From an archaeon (GTDB lineage Archaea > Asgardarchaeota > Thorarchaeia > Thorarchaeales > Thorarchaeaceae), in contig JAJRWI010000046.1 in NCBI GenBank assembly GCA_024276825.1, positions 1-48,264 on the forward strand: a stretch of 48,264 nucleotides of DNA, in the 5' to 3' direction. The translations under genes were made by a program, and so were the position numbers. The notes beneath the pieces were generated by a model, which saw only the letters and a list, made by a program, of their open reading frames with translations, ran no database searches and was not told where the DNA came from. Shown piece by piece: positions 48,100 through 48,264 of the stretch; the first letter of the stretch is position 1; each line of letters opens with the position of its first letter.

Positions 48100-48264
48100 A
48101 TACTAGCATGCATCATCATTAATGATTGATCTAGTGGCATGAAATTGCAGCATTTTACAGTTTTAGCTAGAACTTACTTTGAGCGGAACTGTTATCTTTT
48201 TGACGGGCATTCCTCACTTGATGGTTATTGAAAAGAAATATTCTGCATGTGCACTCAATTGCCC

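Overview
Gene-dense chromosomal window from an archaeon. The archaeal-type ThrRS and TyrRS, a Rab/Ras-like fold protein, a PPP phosphatase, a 22-residue LRR protein, giant Ig-like membrane proteins and a double FtsX permease suggest an Asgard, probably Thorarchaeota-like, genome (inference). Layout: (1) 1-12335, two translationally coupled paralogous giant single-pass surface proteins sharing a helical cytoplasmic tail. (2) 12368-19782, a minus-strand run of pseudo-GTPase, LOG-family protein, PPP phosphatase, DUF362, UbiA-type prenyl-phosphate phosphoribosyltransferase, PHP phosphoesterase, flippase-like protein and tyrS. (3) 19851-27761, cupin, long PIN-domain protein, GT-C-like glycosyltransferase, ADP-forming acyl-CoA synthetase alpha subunit, a candidate structured ncRNA and an LRR protein. 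(4) 27831-46328, amino-acid and central metabolism genes (PLP enzyme, ppdK, threonine dehydrogenase and dehydratase, saccharopine/lysine dehydrogenase family, thrS), surface/transport genes and an orphan N4-cytosine-type methyltransferase. (5) A Ca-binding membrane protein and a YbjN-like gene broken by an in-frame TGA. No rRNA, tRNA, CRISPR array or transposase was recognised. All calls come from reading motifs by eye; no searches were run.
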